Below the pieces are notes generated by a model that was not told the DNA's origin, searched no databases, and worked only from the letters and a program-made list of their open reading frames with translations. DNA of 61,807 bases, filler included, from Choristocarpus tenellus KU-1152 (Eukaryota > Protista > Phaeophyceae), in the NCBI GenBank assembly GCA_964200185.2. It is 8 parts of 8 records of this genome, joined end to end, with 100 filler letters (N's around TTAATTAATTAA, not from the genome) between each part and the next. Parts side by side here need not be neighbours in the genome. Positions count along the whole stretch, not along the records: positions 1 to 6,020 come from CAXNAD020009151.1; positions 6,121 to 16,585 come from CAXNAD020002915.1; 6 more parts are not named here. One strand, written 5' to 3'. Positions 1 to 12,800 of the stretch are shown here, one piece after another. Both the position numbers and the translations under genes were made by a program. Each line of letters opens with the position of its first letter. Position 1 is the stretch's first letter.

Positions 1-681
1 GGGGATAAAGAGGTTGCATTTCAAATGTTTTGAATAACATTGTCACACTCCAGAGGAGGGGAAGTTGATGAGGGCATCGGTCCTGATGACCATGTCATTG
101 TGTCAATGACTCCTCCTCCTCCAACTCGAAACAGTCTTGAAAATTTGCAGCTTTTCAGGAGGGGGTTAGGTTTGAGGGCTTCAATACTGTCAAGCAAGAC
201 GAGTGACTGCAATGTCTTACCAAGCACAGCAAAGTACAAAGGGAAGCAGATGGTCGCATCAGGTAGGCCATGCTTCCATTTCCTTGTTCTACAATAATCC
301 CTGTGTTACCTCCCAACAACTGTGCGATAGGACCTCCCTGGGTACGGGTTCAGACTGTAGGCCAACATGATTAATGCATCCCCCAAAGAAACCTGATCTT
401 GCTACAATTGTAGGGAACGATGCACGGTATGGTGCACAAGACCAAATTGTCAAAGACATCCAGATCTACTTAAGAATCTGAGTGCGGGTGTATATCAAGG
501 ACAGGAGAGTGAGGGAAGCTTGGAGGTTGAATAGAGGAAGTATCGAAAAGCCCTCACATCAAGGCTAATAATGAACCCTCCCCCACTGACAACAAATAGC
601 TTACACTCCTGGAAGAAATAGAACCAGGATGAGCCAGTGGAAGATGTTGTTTATCTTGTTGCAAGCACTACGTTCAAATGA

Positions 682-940
682 GAGCCAAAGTATCTTACAG
701 TGTAGAGCCGTGTCCATTTGGGGGCGAAAATCCGATGTCGCGATTTTGGTGTGATTTTGGCTATGGTGTTTGTTAGGAAGTGTCAATATCCATGTTCCGG
801 GCACACCTTTTCATAACATACACACTTCACCTACTACTAAATATTTTAGAGTAGGAAAATGTAATAAAATAATTCATGAGAAGCCAAGCCCCAAATGGAC
901 AAACAGGGCAAAACTCGTACCCTCTAAGATACTTTCACTC
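682..940 (+). mobile_element. MITE family A (~258 bp, ~23-bp TIR GAGYCAAAGTATCTTAGAGGGTA / TACCCTCTAAGATACTTTCACTC)
   Basis: Full copy; flanks tga/taa; aligns end to end with the other family A copies in the window. Confidence 0.9.
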
Positions 941-1168
941 TAAGCTTGAGGAGGATTGGCAGGTGAAGGGTCAGAAAATGAGACAGAGACGAGGTGGCGA
1001 TTGTGGTGGAGCGCACAAGGATAACTGGATCGCAACCCCTCACATGTTCTTGTTACAACAGTATATATTGTCTTATGCCCATAACAACGTGCCCACAGAT
1101 GTTATGGGGGGGAAAAGAAGTCAGCATGACAAGGCCGACAACCCAACAAACACAAATATCATCGTTTT

Positions 1169-1422
1169 GAGTTATACCAATTTAGAGGTAGGCAGGTTTG
1201 GACCCTTTCCCATTCTAAGCAGTCTTTCTTACCCAGTACAAGTACACGTCACTCTATTTAATGCGTCACATGTATAATGGTGTGCGCAAAATCTACATCC
1301 ACACACAACGCGACACCAGAACCAAGCAAAGGCCTTTCTGCAACCGCACAAAATTGCATTTTTTTGCCCTTTCTTAGAATCCCTAAAATGCAACCTTGCC
1401 AACCTCTCAATCGGTTTGACCC
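1169..1422 (+). mobile_element. MITE family C (TIR GAGYCAAACCAATTGAGAGGTAGGCAGG)
   Basis: Both TIRs; TSD ttt/ttt. Confidence 0.8.
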
Positions 1423-2739
1423 TTTACTTTATTGTACTCTTACTGTTATGGTAGAGAAGGCAAAATCTTCCTAGTGGGCAGGGCAGTCAAGGGTTAAAGT
1501 AGCAGTCATCTGATGATGTCTTCGAAAAGTAATATATACTTTGGAGTATTTATAGAAGCAATATAATAATAGAAGTAGCATCTGACTGCGGTATACCTAG
1601 TCGTGAGCCCAAGGTGGACTTGCCTGTCGTTTTTTTTGTGTGATTTATTCGCAATCTTCTCCTTAACATCAATGATGATACTCTATACTCTAACATACCC
1701 AATTCATCTTCACCACAGGCTTATGTCAGGATCCACAACATCAGCATCCTTCTTGGTCCTTAGAGTAGTTGTGACAGTCATATTTGAACTGTCCAATGAG
1801 AGTACCTTCTTCACGAATGTGAAATCGGTTTGATATTATTTTGTTCCATTGAACAAGTAAGATTCATATTCAAAAAGAATCCAAAATAGGATCAAAAGTA
1901 TGTATCTATTTTAGATTTATTTTTGAACTTCACAAGCTATTCATACGGTTACACGTACATCTCTCTCAGGACGTCAAGTGTCGATAACAAAAAACAACAA
2001 AATCTTTGATCTTGGCGACATCGAGACAACACAAGATAGACCATGGACAGTAGTGAAAGATAAGAGGAGGTGCAGTCTCGACGACAGCGATGGAAAGTTT
2101 GTATCCTGATAGAAAACCTAGCGTGAGTAGGAGTGGTGGGTCCAAGAAGGGACACCGCTCACGTGTACCTCCCCATGGTGACTCCTTTAGTGATGAAAAT
2201 CGAACTCGATACGGGATTGAAAATTCAACTCCCCTAGACACACTATCTGTAGCCGCCGAGAGAAAAAATCTTCGTTCTACTGATGGACCACCCCCGAAGA
2301 AAGGAGCAAGGGGGGAACTTAGGGAGAGCACCCGGGTGGAAGTGGACACACATGGGACCTCACAAAACCCCGCAACACAAGCGGTAGTCTCTTCAACGAG
2401 AAATGTGGACCATGCTATCTTGAACAAGTGAGCGAATCTCCATACAACGTCCTGATTGGATCCACATCTAGGAGTTGCTTCGATCGACCACGTTAGGTTG
2501 TCGTATACTCTTTTTCTTGCTCTTCCCAGGTCCTTGAAAGTCGACTCTGTCAACACCCCGATAAACGTTCACGTTCTCCCTTAGGACTGCGTAGTTGACT
2601 ACTTGACTTTACCACTTGCCTGTGGTTACTGATTTCCGTATTCAGGCAGGGATAGGAGTGGGTACACTTCAACAACGAACTTCTCTAGGAGTTTCGCTAA
2701 TATTGACAAAGTTCAAGGCCTCAGTCAATGTCCGGCAGA

Positions 2740-2860
2740 GGGTGGTAGTAAACTCGCAGTTTGACCTTTCCTTGTGACCTGTGTAGGTGTCAAATTGACA
2801 TGTTTCGATCGAATTATGGGGCAGGTGGAGGTCTGATGCACAGAGAGGTACAGCGAACGC
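2740..2860 (+). mobile_element. Possible tyrosine-recombinase (DIRS/Ngaro-like) remnant
   Basis: TRSL (2752-2763; cf. THSLR) followed at about the right spacing by IELWGRWRSDA (2808-2840; cf. GRWxSDAY); frames are broken. Confidence 0.3.
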
Positions 2861-3256
2861 GAATGTAGAGGTGAGTTCTATCTGAATAAAGGGAGAGGTG
2901 GGTAGAGCGAGATTCTCCTACATAACCATCGTTCTTGATCGTATGGCAGAGATTCCAGGTGGAAGAGATCTTTGAGCAGCATTGTGAAGCACTTAGTAAC
3001 ACATCATTGCATAACAACAAGTAACTGAAGGCATTGCCTGGACGAGAACTACCAATCCGAAATTGCAAGCCTTATCCTCGCAACTATGTGCCCCTATTCA
3101 GGCAGGGGCGACGGGTCTGTTTCCAACCTTCTGCCACAATGCTCCCCTGCCCGTAATCATCTCCGTCCAAATGTTGAAGGGATTGGCATACTATGATTCC
3201 TAGTTTATCGCAAGATATCATAGCCTCCTTTTTCCGGCAACTTAAAACTCTTCCAG

Positions 3257-4510
3257 ACTCCTGACCACCCCGATGAGGTGGAAGAAAATGAAAACGGAGG
3301 ATGCGGCAGCTATGATGACGATGCCTTTGAAGAATACTCAGATGAGTTTGATGATGAAGGGCAGGATCTTGAAGGGCAAATGCCTCTGGCATCCAAGGTG
3401 CCTCTAGTATCCAATGGGGCTACACTCGGATTTGTCAAGAGAGCAGCCAGCAAGCCAGAACCCCCAGCAACAGATGAGCAGGTGCCTGTGGGCTTAGTGA
3501 TTGGGATGCTGGTAACAGTTGACATTAAGAACTCTATTTGTATGATGATACTGAGCAAAACTATTATAATGATCATTATAACAATATATAGGGAATGCTC
3601 TTCGTAGTCTACTGCGCCATTCACGTCTCATTTTACCCCTCAACTTCTCTGACTGCAACTGCACCAGGCACTCAAGGAGCTCAAGCAATCCCTAAGGCAG
3701 GAAAATCTAGCAGCAAGGGAGAGACAAACTGCACACCCTTCAGATGCCGCTGACAAAAAGGCAATTTTTTTGCCTTGGTTGTGAAAATAGTGTGTGTGTA
3801 GGTAGATCTTGCAAGATTAGATTAGAGATCAAGCACACACCTTCACTGGAGTTAAATATAAGATGCCTACATGGACACACACAAGGTCAAGGGAAATATA
3901 TATAAATTCACATTTGTGTTGGTGTGTACACAAGAATGATATTCTATGCATCGTTGCGTGTACCTAGTGGTGGTGTGGCCATTCCTATTGTTACTTGTCC
4001 TGTGTGATCTCTGCCTTCAAATATAATGGCTGGTACTGATTTGAGTGTTTATTCACTCAGCACACCTTCACCGATTCAATTTAATCTCCAGTAAACAAGG
4101 GAAAAAATGAGCTGTTTACCACTACTACTTATGAGGAATTTGATATCAAGACAGCACGTTAACACGGTTTAATTCCACCAATTTCATCATTGACTTACTT
4201 TGTGCTGAATGTAGTTCACGAGCTCTTAATGCACAGTACATGTTTTGGGTGTGTTCATTTATATCTGGATAACAGGGAGAAGGGATTGATGCTAGATCCA
4301 CCAAGAGAGGCGCTAAGGGAGCTAAGGGCACACGAGTCTCTGCTGCTACTGCAGGGATTGGATTGGAGTCAAAAGGGCAACGCGAAGTGATGGGCATGAC
4401 AAGAGGCACTTTCTCAGTGCTAAATGCTCCAACCACTAGCTCTCGTCAATCACGATCCAGCAGTTTTGCTATGCCTGATGCTAAGGCTTTGAGTAAAGCA
4501 CTGTTGAAAG
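3257..4510 (+). CDS. Three internal exons of an unidentified acidic/low-complexity protein (weak resemblance to the WDR60/DYNC2I1 N-terminal region)
   Basis: Exons 3257-3481 (TPDHPDEVEEN...YDDDAFEEYSDEFDDE), 3668-3760 (ALKELKQSLRQENLAARER) and 4276-4510 (GEGIDARSTKRG...ALSKALLK) are open and phase-matched with AG acceptors. The second donor is GC. The family resemblance is from memory only. Confidence 0.55.
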
Positions 4511-4769
4511 GTAGGTCAGTGGTATGATCATGGTTTCCTCAACATGCCAGAAGAGCAAGAAAGGTGTTCAGAGTATTTTACAATGGAGATACATAGGCTC
4601 AATCACACTTAAAGAACAGTGTTTGAACAATTGTTGATTAGTACTACAAGGTTGAAGTTGGTGAAGTATGCATGCAGGATGACTGCTATTTACTGAACAG
4701 GCAAAGGAGTGGTGCTACAACACATGGCACACCACATTGCTGTCCTAGCTTCAAGTATGTTTGAACAAT

Positions 4770-5026
4770 GAATTGAAGTATCTTAGAGGGTAGAGCCGCG
4801 TTCATTTGGGGGCCAAAATCCAATGTTCTGATTTTGATATATTTTTGGCTACTGCCTTTGTTAGGAAGTGTCGATATCGTTGTTCCGGACACACCTTTTA
4901 ATAACATAAACATTATACCTACTCCGAACATTTTGGAGTAGGAAAATGTCATTAAAAACCTGTGGGAAGCCAGGCCCCAAACAGACAAACTGGGCAAAAC
5001 TCGTGCCCTCTAAGATACTCTCACTC
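4770..5026 (+). mobile_element. MITE family A
   Basis: Full-length copy with both TIRs. Confidence 0.9.
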
Positions 5027-5846
5027 GAACAACACTTGGAAGTAACACTAAGAAATATTTTGTTCAAGTCTGACTGTTACGACCAAGATGGAAGTTCTAA
5101 AATATTCGCTGCAATTGAGTTCCAGCCTTGATCTCATGTGTCTCAAGGGAAGAATACAGACACCACTACACATAGAGTCGGGTACTTAGGGAGAAGGAAA
5201 GTATGTGCAGTTGGGTTTTCCTAGAAGATTCCTTGTGAGACTATGAGTAACAGTAGCATCAATACCTTGATCGATTCTTGACCCAACATTCAGTCATATC
5301 CTTTCACCTCAGTTTTTACGTCACACTTGTCCTATTCTCACACCTGACACTAAAGTAGGTTTCTAGTCAATTCTTAGTAAACAAAGGCAGCATAATTTGT
5401 GTGCTACTCTTCAAGCAGTTAGACCATGTCCACACATAACCTTGAGTTAGGATTCAAGGAGGGTAGGCAAGACTTTCTGGAGTGGAGTTGAGATGAGCTA
5501 TATCCATCAAAGGTGACGACTGGTACAAGAAAACCATGTAAGCCTGGTGATGTGCACGATCACTTGAAGACCTGTTTTCCGTCCCCTGTTGTCTCCCTCC
5601 TTTTGCCTATCTCAATTTCTCATGCAACAACGATTTTGGTCTTTATTTCATAATTTAACCTTTGAAAGGCCCTTTTGAAATCTCTCCTGTGCATGAGTCA
5701 ACGAAAATAGAAGAGAACACGAGCAAAATGTGACTCACCCAGTGTTGAACCCCAAAGTAGACATCCTTTTGTTTGTCCTAGGAATCTCATCCTCTCCACC
5801 AACTCATCTCACTTTGTGATTCATCCTCCACACAATCTCATCATCT

Positions 5847-6020
5847 GAACCAAAGTATCTGGGGGGGGGGGTCTACACCAGGGTGTGTTCATTTGGGACA
5901 AAATCAGGAAAAATGCATTTACATTATCCCTCCGACATATGCAACCAAATCACACAAAAATCGCGACATGATAAAATTGACCCCAAATGGACAGCCGCCA
6001 CCCCCCCAGATACTTTGAGC
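5847..6020 (+). mobile_element. MITE family B (~175 bp; TIR CAAAGTATCT + poly-G / poly-C + AGATACTTTG)
   Basis: Near-complete copy ending at the gap. Confidence 0.88.
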
Positions 6021-6120
6021 NNNNNNNNNNNNNNNNNNNNNNNNNNNNNNNNNNNNNNNNNNNNTTAATTAATTAANNNNNNNNNNNNNNNNNNNNNNNN
6101 NNNNNNNNNNNNNNNNNNNN
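6021..6120. other. Artificial contig spacer N44-TTAATTAATTAA-N44 (also 16586-16685, 24155-24254, 27153-27252, 51486-51585, 55536-55635, 58463-58562)
   Basis: Identical 100-nt block with six-frame stop linker at all seven gaps. Confidence 0.99.
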
Positions 6121-6791
6121 ATACAAATACCGTCCCTTCATTCTTAAATTGTTTCTTCTACAGAACCTTCTTTTACACATGAATAAAAAGCATATTCTTA
6201 ACACCTATCTCCGTCGTTTGCCTCCCAGAACGAAGTCGATACATGGTTAAAGGCACACCAATTTTACTTTCATCATGCCTAAAACTGCTTCAGGTCCATA
6301 ACTGGCGAGTGCAGGTATACACACGACAATTCGGTAGTTCCCAAGGGATACTTCTCATACCTTTCGAGACTCACCAAGGACCTCCAGGTGCTCAATCCAC
6401 TGCAGAGTCACATATGATGGTAGCCTTAACAGATGCACATCTCCAGCACCTAGCAGCGATGCAAGACTCGAAACTCCCTCCACTTTTCGCGAGAAGCGCA
6501 ACCAATTCGGATACTGCAGAGTCATCTTGAAGCTGGGCCCTGGAGTCTGAGGCTACAGGGATCCCTGTCATGCCAACTATAGACCGTAAGACTCACATTC
6601 CCAACTTGACAATATTTGCCATGACACCTGCCCATTGTACTAGTAAAGTATGGATATCCGCCCTGCTAGGGCATCCACTCAGAGTCCACTCGAGAATGCC
6701 TGTCCAGGTACTCCCTTGATACAGGTGCAGGAGGGGGGAATTACGTCTAGTCTGTGTTTTGCTCAACACTGCTGTTTGGGGGGGTGACAAA

Positions 6792-7052
6792 GAGTGAACG
6801 TATCTCAAAGGGTATGAGTTTCGCCCTGTTTGTTCATTTGGGGCTTGTCTTCCCATGTTTTTTTAGTGACATTTTCCTACTCCAAAATGTGTTGGAGTAG
6901 GTAAAATGTATATGTTATGAAAAGGTCTGTCCGGAACAAGGATATTATTGGTACTTCCTAAGGAACACAATAGCCAAAATTACATCAAAATTGCAACATT
7001 GGATTTTGGCCCCTAAATGGACGCGGCCCTACCCTCTAAGATAATTTGGCTC
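6792..7052 (-). mobile_element. MITE family A
   Basis: Inverted full copy; 3-bp TSD aaa/aaa. Confidence 0.9.
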
Positions 7053-7294
7053 AAATTTGCTTACCACATCTTAACATTGCAGGAAAAGGTACATCACATG
7101 CATCAAACCCTATAGGGTGCGCTATTCCAGCAATGCAGGTATTGGGGTCACACAAACTTCCAATAGCATTTCCCCCAGAGAATAAAGTGGGAAATGTGGC
7201 ATTCAGGAAAGTGGTGGGGCTGCCTTACGAAATGATGATAGGAGCAACATTTTGTAGAAAACACCAGAGAATACTGACAATTAGAAAAGGTTTT

Positions 7295-7552
7295 GAGCCC
7301 AAGTATCTCAGAGGATAGAGCTGCGTCCATTTTGGGGTCAAAATCCAATGTTACGATTTTGACATAATTTGGCTATCGTGTTTGTTAGGAAGTGTCAATA
7401 TGTATTTTTCAGACGCACCTTTTCATAACATAGACATATTACCTACTCCTAAACATTTTGGAGTAGGAAGATGTCATAAAAAAAAACATGGGAAGTCAAG
7501 TCCCAAATGGACAAACAGGGCAAAACTCGTACCCTCTAAGATACTTTCACTC
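7295..7552 (+). mobile_element. MITE family A
   Basis: Full copy, 242 bp from the inverted copy at 6792-7052. Confidence 0.9.
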
Positions 7553-8620
7553 CAAGGCTTCCGACCATCCCCACAGTCACCATGTGTACCTTTTGTCCGA
7601 GTTCCAACACCTAGATCCTCCAGCAGTAGTGCACCGCTGTCAGCCCTTGGAGAATAGCATTGTAGTACAAAGGAAAGTTCTGTAATTGATAGTTGTCAGA
7701 CTGGATAACAAGAACAGAAGAAATGGACTACTTTACCTCACTATAGTTGGATGTTTACCATGCCTTCTAGGATATTTACAATCCTAACACAAGACCATGC
7801 TCAACTAATGTTCCCGTCCAGCAACTCTTTCCCCGAGAGGATGTGTCACGTCTCTTCCCTATAGGTACCAGTGTCAAAACATCGTGGAAGGATGAAAGAG
7901 GAATAGACAGGTAGTACACAGGTCCAGTTTTGGCTTCAAGTCACCCTACTGGAGGGACGGTTGAAGGATGGAGATTGGAGGAATTCAACAGGAGAGAGAT
8001 GAGTGGCTACTCCAGAAGACCTCCCAGCAGGTAACAACTGTATGCCTGAAGGACAAGGTGAGGTTTAGCTGGTGCATGTCAGAACAAGATAATAAGGCAT
8101 TGATAGTCATAGTCACTGAAAGGAACTTAGTAAAGCAGAAGTTGGAACCAAGAAGTCGCCCACATTATTAGAGCATACAGCAATATATATATATGGGTTG
8201 CATAGCCTTTAGTCTTTTGAAAAAAATACAACCAATACATACCTATTCTATTCCCCTCTTTTCTATTTTGTACCTGCTTTCTGTGATCTTGTATTTTCTA
8301 TCTATGAAAGAATATCTCACATTTCTGTTCTTTTAAGATTAATTATTTTTATTTTTTGATCTGATCCCACAATCCTTTTATTTTTATTTTCATTTTTGTA
8401 ATTCTCATTATTCACTGGCCTTTTTCTTTCATTTCTATTTCTTTCTTCTTACCTTTTAGTTTACATTTTTGTTGCCCTCATTATCTGACTATTATTTCTT
8501 TCCCTTTTGTTTATTTCTCCTTTATTATTAATCTATTTTTTTCTTTTTTTGTCGTTGCCTGTTTTGCGCACTAGCAGCCTTGGGTATGCTTTGTGCTTGG
8601 GGGGCATAGGATAGGCAATA

Positions 8621-8923
8621 GAGTGAAAGTATCTTAGAGGGTAAGAGTTTGTACAGAATCTGACAATTTTGGCAAAAAACAGGGAATGTAGTGCTACATT
8701 TCATTCGTAGAGTCAAAGTATCTTAGAGGGTAGAGCTGTGTCCGTTTGGGGGCCAAAATCCCATGTTGTGATTTTGATGTAATTTTGGCTATTGTGTTTC
8801 TTAGGAAGTGCCAATATCCTTATTCCAGACACACCTTTTCAATTGTCATAAAAATCCCGTGGGAAGTCAAGCCCCAAACTGATAAACAGGTCAAAAATCG
8901 TACTCTCTGAGATACTTTCACTC
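8621..8923 (+). mobile_element. MITE family A: internally deleted copy (8710-8923) preceded by a solo TIR (8621-8650)
   Basis: Both TIRs present; ~45 bp internal deletion; an extra GAGTGAAAGTATCTTAGAGGGTA lies ~90 bp upstream. Confidence 0.85.
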
Positions 8924-9876
8924 TGCATGCTTAGAAGTGCAGTACAGCACAACAAGATTTAGAATATCAAGCAGACTTCCAAAGGGAGTGAAAGATGACA
9001 AAATGTCATGGTGTATTGGAGAGTGCACATTTTACTTTCAACCAGACAGACGAGGCATCTCTGGAGACTAAGTGACATGAATAGTATTTTACAGCTCTGG
9101 AAGTTAAAATCAACTGAGATAGTAGGATAGATACTACAGTGTTCTTGAGCAATAATCTATCGTTTCTTGAATTTTCAATATATAAAGTACCATTGGAACA
9201 CTCTAAACGCTTTGGGATTGTATTTTAAAGAACCTAACGAGCAATGGTGATGCCAGTAGAATAATGAAGTTCATGGACCAAGTTCCTGTTGCACTAAGAT
9301 TGATGGTTGAAAAACATTTCGACATGCTTAACCCCCTTGCAACCAGCTGGGAGTGACTTGTAACAAGTAAAGTAATTGTATCTTGATGATCAAAACGTAC
9401 ACAGAATGGTGCTTCCTAAGAACTCAGATTGAGAGTTTAAGAGGGATGTGGTTATTATGGCTTTTTCCACAGAAAGGTCAAAACGACATACCCTTAAGCC
9501 TTACTGCTTTATTGCATGTTTTTATCTGTTGCAGTTTGTCTTGTGATAGAAACAACACTTTTGTAACACTGATTAAAGGCCTGTCAATACTCAAGCGTGT
9601 ACTGAGAAAGGTACAAAGTTCGGATGATGAGCTTTGAAGAGTGGCAGAAGTTCAACTATTTGAAGAGAAATCAGAACAATGCAGACTTGAAGTAGGGTGA
9701 ATGTGCGACTCTGGGAGGGAGGGGGAATTACATTTCCAATGAGTGTGAAGTAATAACAAAAATCATTAAACCACCACAGACCCCTTTCAACTGCATAATG
9801 TGACCCCAGGGCATTTGAAGAATATGGAACTTTATCGTCTTATGGGTACAACAGTCTCATTACACCAGAGCAATAC

Positions 9877-12800
9877 CTAACAGAGAGGAAAATGGGTTTG
9901 GGTAAATTGCACTTGCAACCAACACTTGATGGTTGGGACATTGACATCATCTCGTTCTTTCAAACCTTTGAATTCAACATGTTTGTAGGATGGGCAAAAG
10001 AAGCACAACAACGAGTGGGTGCATTGCTGTTGTACTGTACGGAACAACAGCTTCTGCTGCACTTCTGCAGGAAAAAAGCGGGTGGGAAGTCCTGAAAGAA
10101 ATGCCAGCTATCAAGTACAGTCTGCCATCAACAAACAACTAGAAGCGATAGAGAGTACACATTGTGCTAGCCAGTGATACCTGAAAATAATAGATACTCT
10201 AGTATGTTAACCGTAAGAGGATATCACATGAATGAGTAGAGCAGAGAGTGAAATCAAAGAACTGGAACTCCTACACAGGCATTACTGCACACCTCTGAAT
10301 ATTCAGGTTTATTTCCATGCTGCAAGAAGCTGCATCAGCTCTCAATGGATTCAATGGAAACTTTATCAGCATTTGCAGAGGCGCCTTACCCTGATATGCT
10401 TGGTAGGCTTTGAAGCAACTTGGACTGTCCAAGAATGTTGCCAATAAATTCTGTTCCAGCATCCTACGCACTTCTCCTTCCGCCTCACAAAAGAGGTCCA
10501 TTTGCCCATCTAGAGACAAGGATGTGAAGGAGGCTAAATCCGCTGACTACACCCATAGTCATTATTGCAGTTGTGTTTTCGTCATGATAAGGACAAGTTG
10601 TGGTGATATTGCAATTGGATGCTTTAGTATTGATCTGGTGACACTTGGTGTTTCAAGCTGTACTTGGGGATCTACTGGTAGTTAGATATTGATTTTCGGT
10701 AGTTGGCTTGCAGTAGATCTCATGGTAAGTTACTACATGGGCACTAGCGGTGTTGTAGAAGCTAGGCTAATCTATCTAGCTGGATGTTGATATTCTTCTG
10801 AGGTAGTGGAAGTTGAGCATGATCAGCACTAGCTCTAGATGATGTGAGCTTCCAGGAAAATGGATATTGTTTATTCAGAGGGAATATGCTCCAATCATGT
10901 TCCCCATGTTGTAAAATGAGGAAGGACTTCAATTGTTTCTTATTTCCTAACCTCTTAGTCTGACTCATACTTTGCTGTTTCAATCCTAAGAGTATGCGCA
11001 GAAGTCATTCCACCGGTACATGCTATTCTAAACACGTTTCATAGTCCATTTTCAATTGTAGAGATGATCCTGATGCTGACCTGCACATTTGACGTATTCA
11101 ACCTCAAAATCTCCCAAGAAATTGAGGCACCTAATTTAAAACACTTGATGTAAGAATGATCGATTTCTCTCTCAGATCCAAACTGACGATAAGATTTTTT
11201 GTGAAGTCAGACACCAGGGAAAGACACTGGGGTTACTAGCAAGTGAAAGGTCAAGGTTTCCAACACAACCATTTCCTTATCCCACTTCCAGAATTTACAT
11301 ACCCTCCATAGTAACTTGGAGTATGATCAACTCTTTATGCTTAGTCCATATTTTTGATAAATGTTGCGTTCTTGTCAAAGGTTATGTTAGAAAGTATACC
11401 AGCCGCTTCTTGACATGGTGTCATCCACAATTGCACGGATGAGACACAAAGGGCCTCCAATCACTAGAAGGACTCTCTAAGATGTTCCTGTTGTTGGTCT
11501 AGATTGTTGTATCAAACTTTGACAAGCAAGTATTGAAGGCTAAAAATATGAAGAAATAGAGTAGTGAGGAAGCATATAAAAAGTTTGGTTTTCAAAAGAT
11601 GCTGAATATATCGAATTTCATATTTCCAAACATTAGAGTGACAAATATGTGCATGGTACTGACAGGCCTCTACTCTGGTTGCAGCTCTATTATAACAATA
11701 TATGACCAAATTGAAATAAGGACATGATGAAGAAATCTGTCCAACTAAGAATGTCAACAACACGGACAAGGATGGCTATCAGATTCAAATATCTGGCAGC
11801 AAATATAATCAATTAAATAAATACCTTAACCTCGGTTTCAAGTCAAACGCCCAATTTTATGAAATCTGTAAACAATTTTACTGTAGCCAACCTTTTCAAA
11901 AATAGTTGCCCCACTGAGGTACTCCGGTGTATATCCATAACACAGCCTAGGATTCGACAACATCACTACCCCATGCTGCCAACCATGCAACTTCATCCTG
12001 CCTCTCCCTCTCCCTCTGTACACATTGCTCTCACAAGAATGAGAAGTTGACCCATGTACTTGTTTTGACTTGACTCACGTATGCTATCTGAGGATAAAAA
12101 AAGCTATGTTGTGGAAGTAGAGGGGGTTGTTTTGACTTGTAATTTCTTCTGCTGGACTCAATAGAATAGAAGTCTCTTGCTTTTGGGAGTTAACAATTTC
12201 TAGTTCTGTATTTCATTATTGGAAGATCAAATGTGACCATTGATTGCTTGCTCTCCTGATTTTGATACTGAGTGCGACAAAACCCATTGGGAACGAACCC
12301 TCACAATTTTCACATTGGTCACCATATTTTCAATCAGATTTTCAATACCTCAACAAAACCTTCACTGAGGTGGCAACCTAGACATGTCCCAGACCAAATC
12401 CAGAATCGTGTTCTTAGCTTGCTCATATGCAGTCCATTCAGTGGGCATCTAAAGTATTAAGAGTGTGTATCATGTATTTTCTTCTTCTGCTGAGTCAAAG
12501 TATCTTAGAGAGTAGGGCCGTGTCCAAGTCAAAATCTAATGTTGCGTGTTTATTAGGAAGTGCCAATATCCTTATTCCGGACACACCTTTTCATAACATC
12601 CTCAACTGACCTGCTCAAAAACATCCTCAAGTGGAAAAATGGTACAAAAATGCCACAGGAAGCCAAGCCCCAAATGGACAAACAGGGAAAAACTCGTACC
12701 CTCTAAGGTACTTTCACTCGCTCCGGTATACCCTTGAGATTTGATATCTCAGAGAAAGGATATGGTCTCAATGAGATGCAGACATGCAAATGAGATTAAT

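Noticed and set aside
876-1277. Recurring ORF peptides such as SQAPNGQTGQNSYPLRYF or PKWTNRAKLVPSKILSL
   Set aside because: Translations of non-coding MITE family A, not a protein family.
6065-6076. Repeated TTAATTAATTAA palindrome
   Set aside because: Artificial six-frame stop linker inside N spacers.
7286-7561. 9-10-bp Mutator-type TSDs for family A
   Set aside because: Only partial matches at a few copies; 3-bp TSDs explain more copies.
12390-12448. MPTEWTAYEQAKNTILDL as the RGS C-terminal exon
   Set aside because: The exon at 10546-10390 fits the RGS C-terminus much better; an alternative exon is not excluded.
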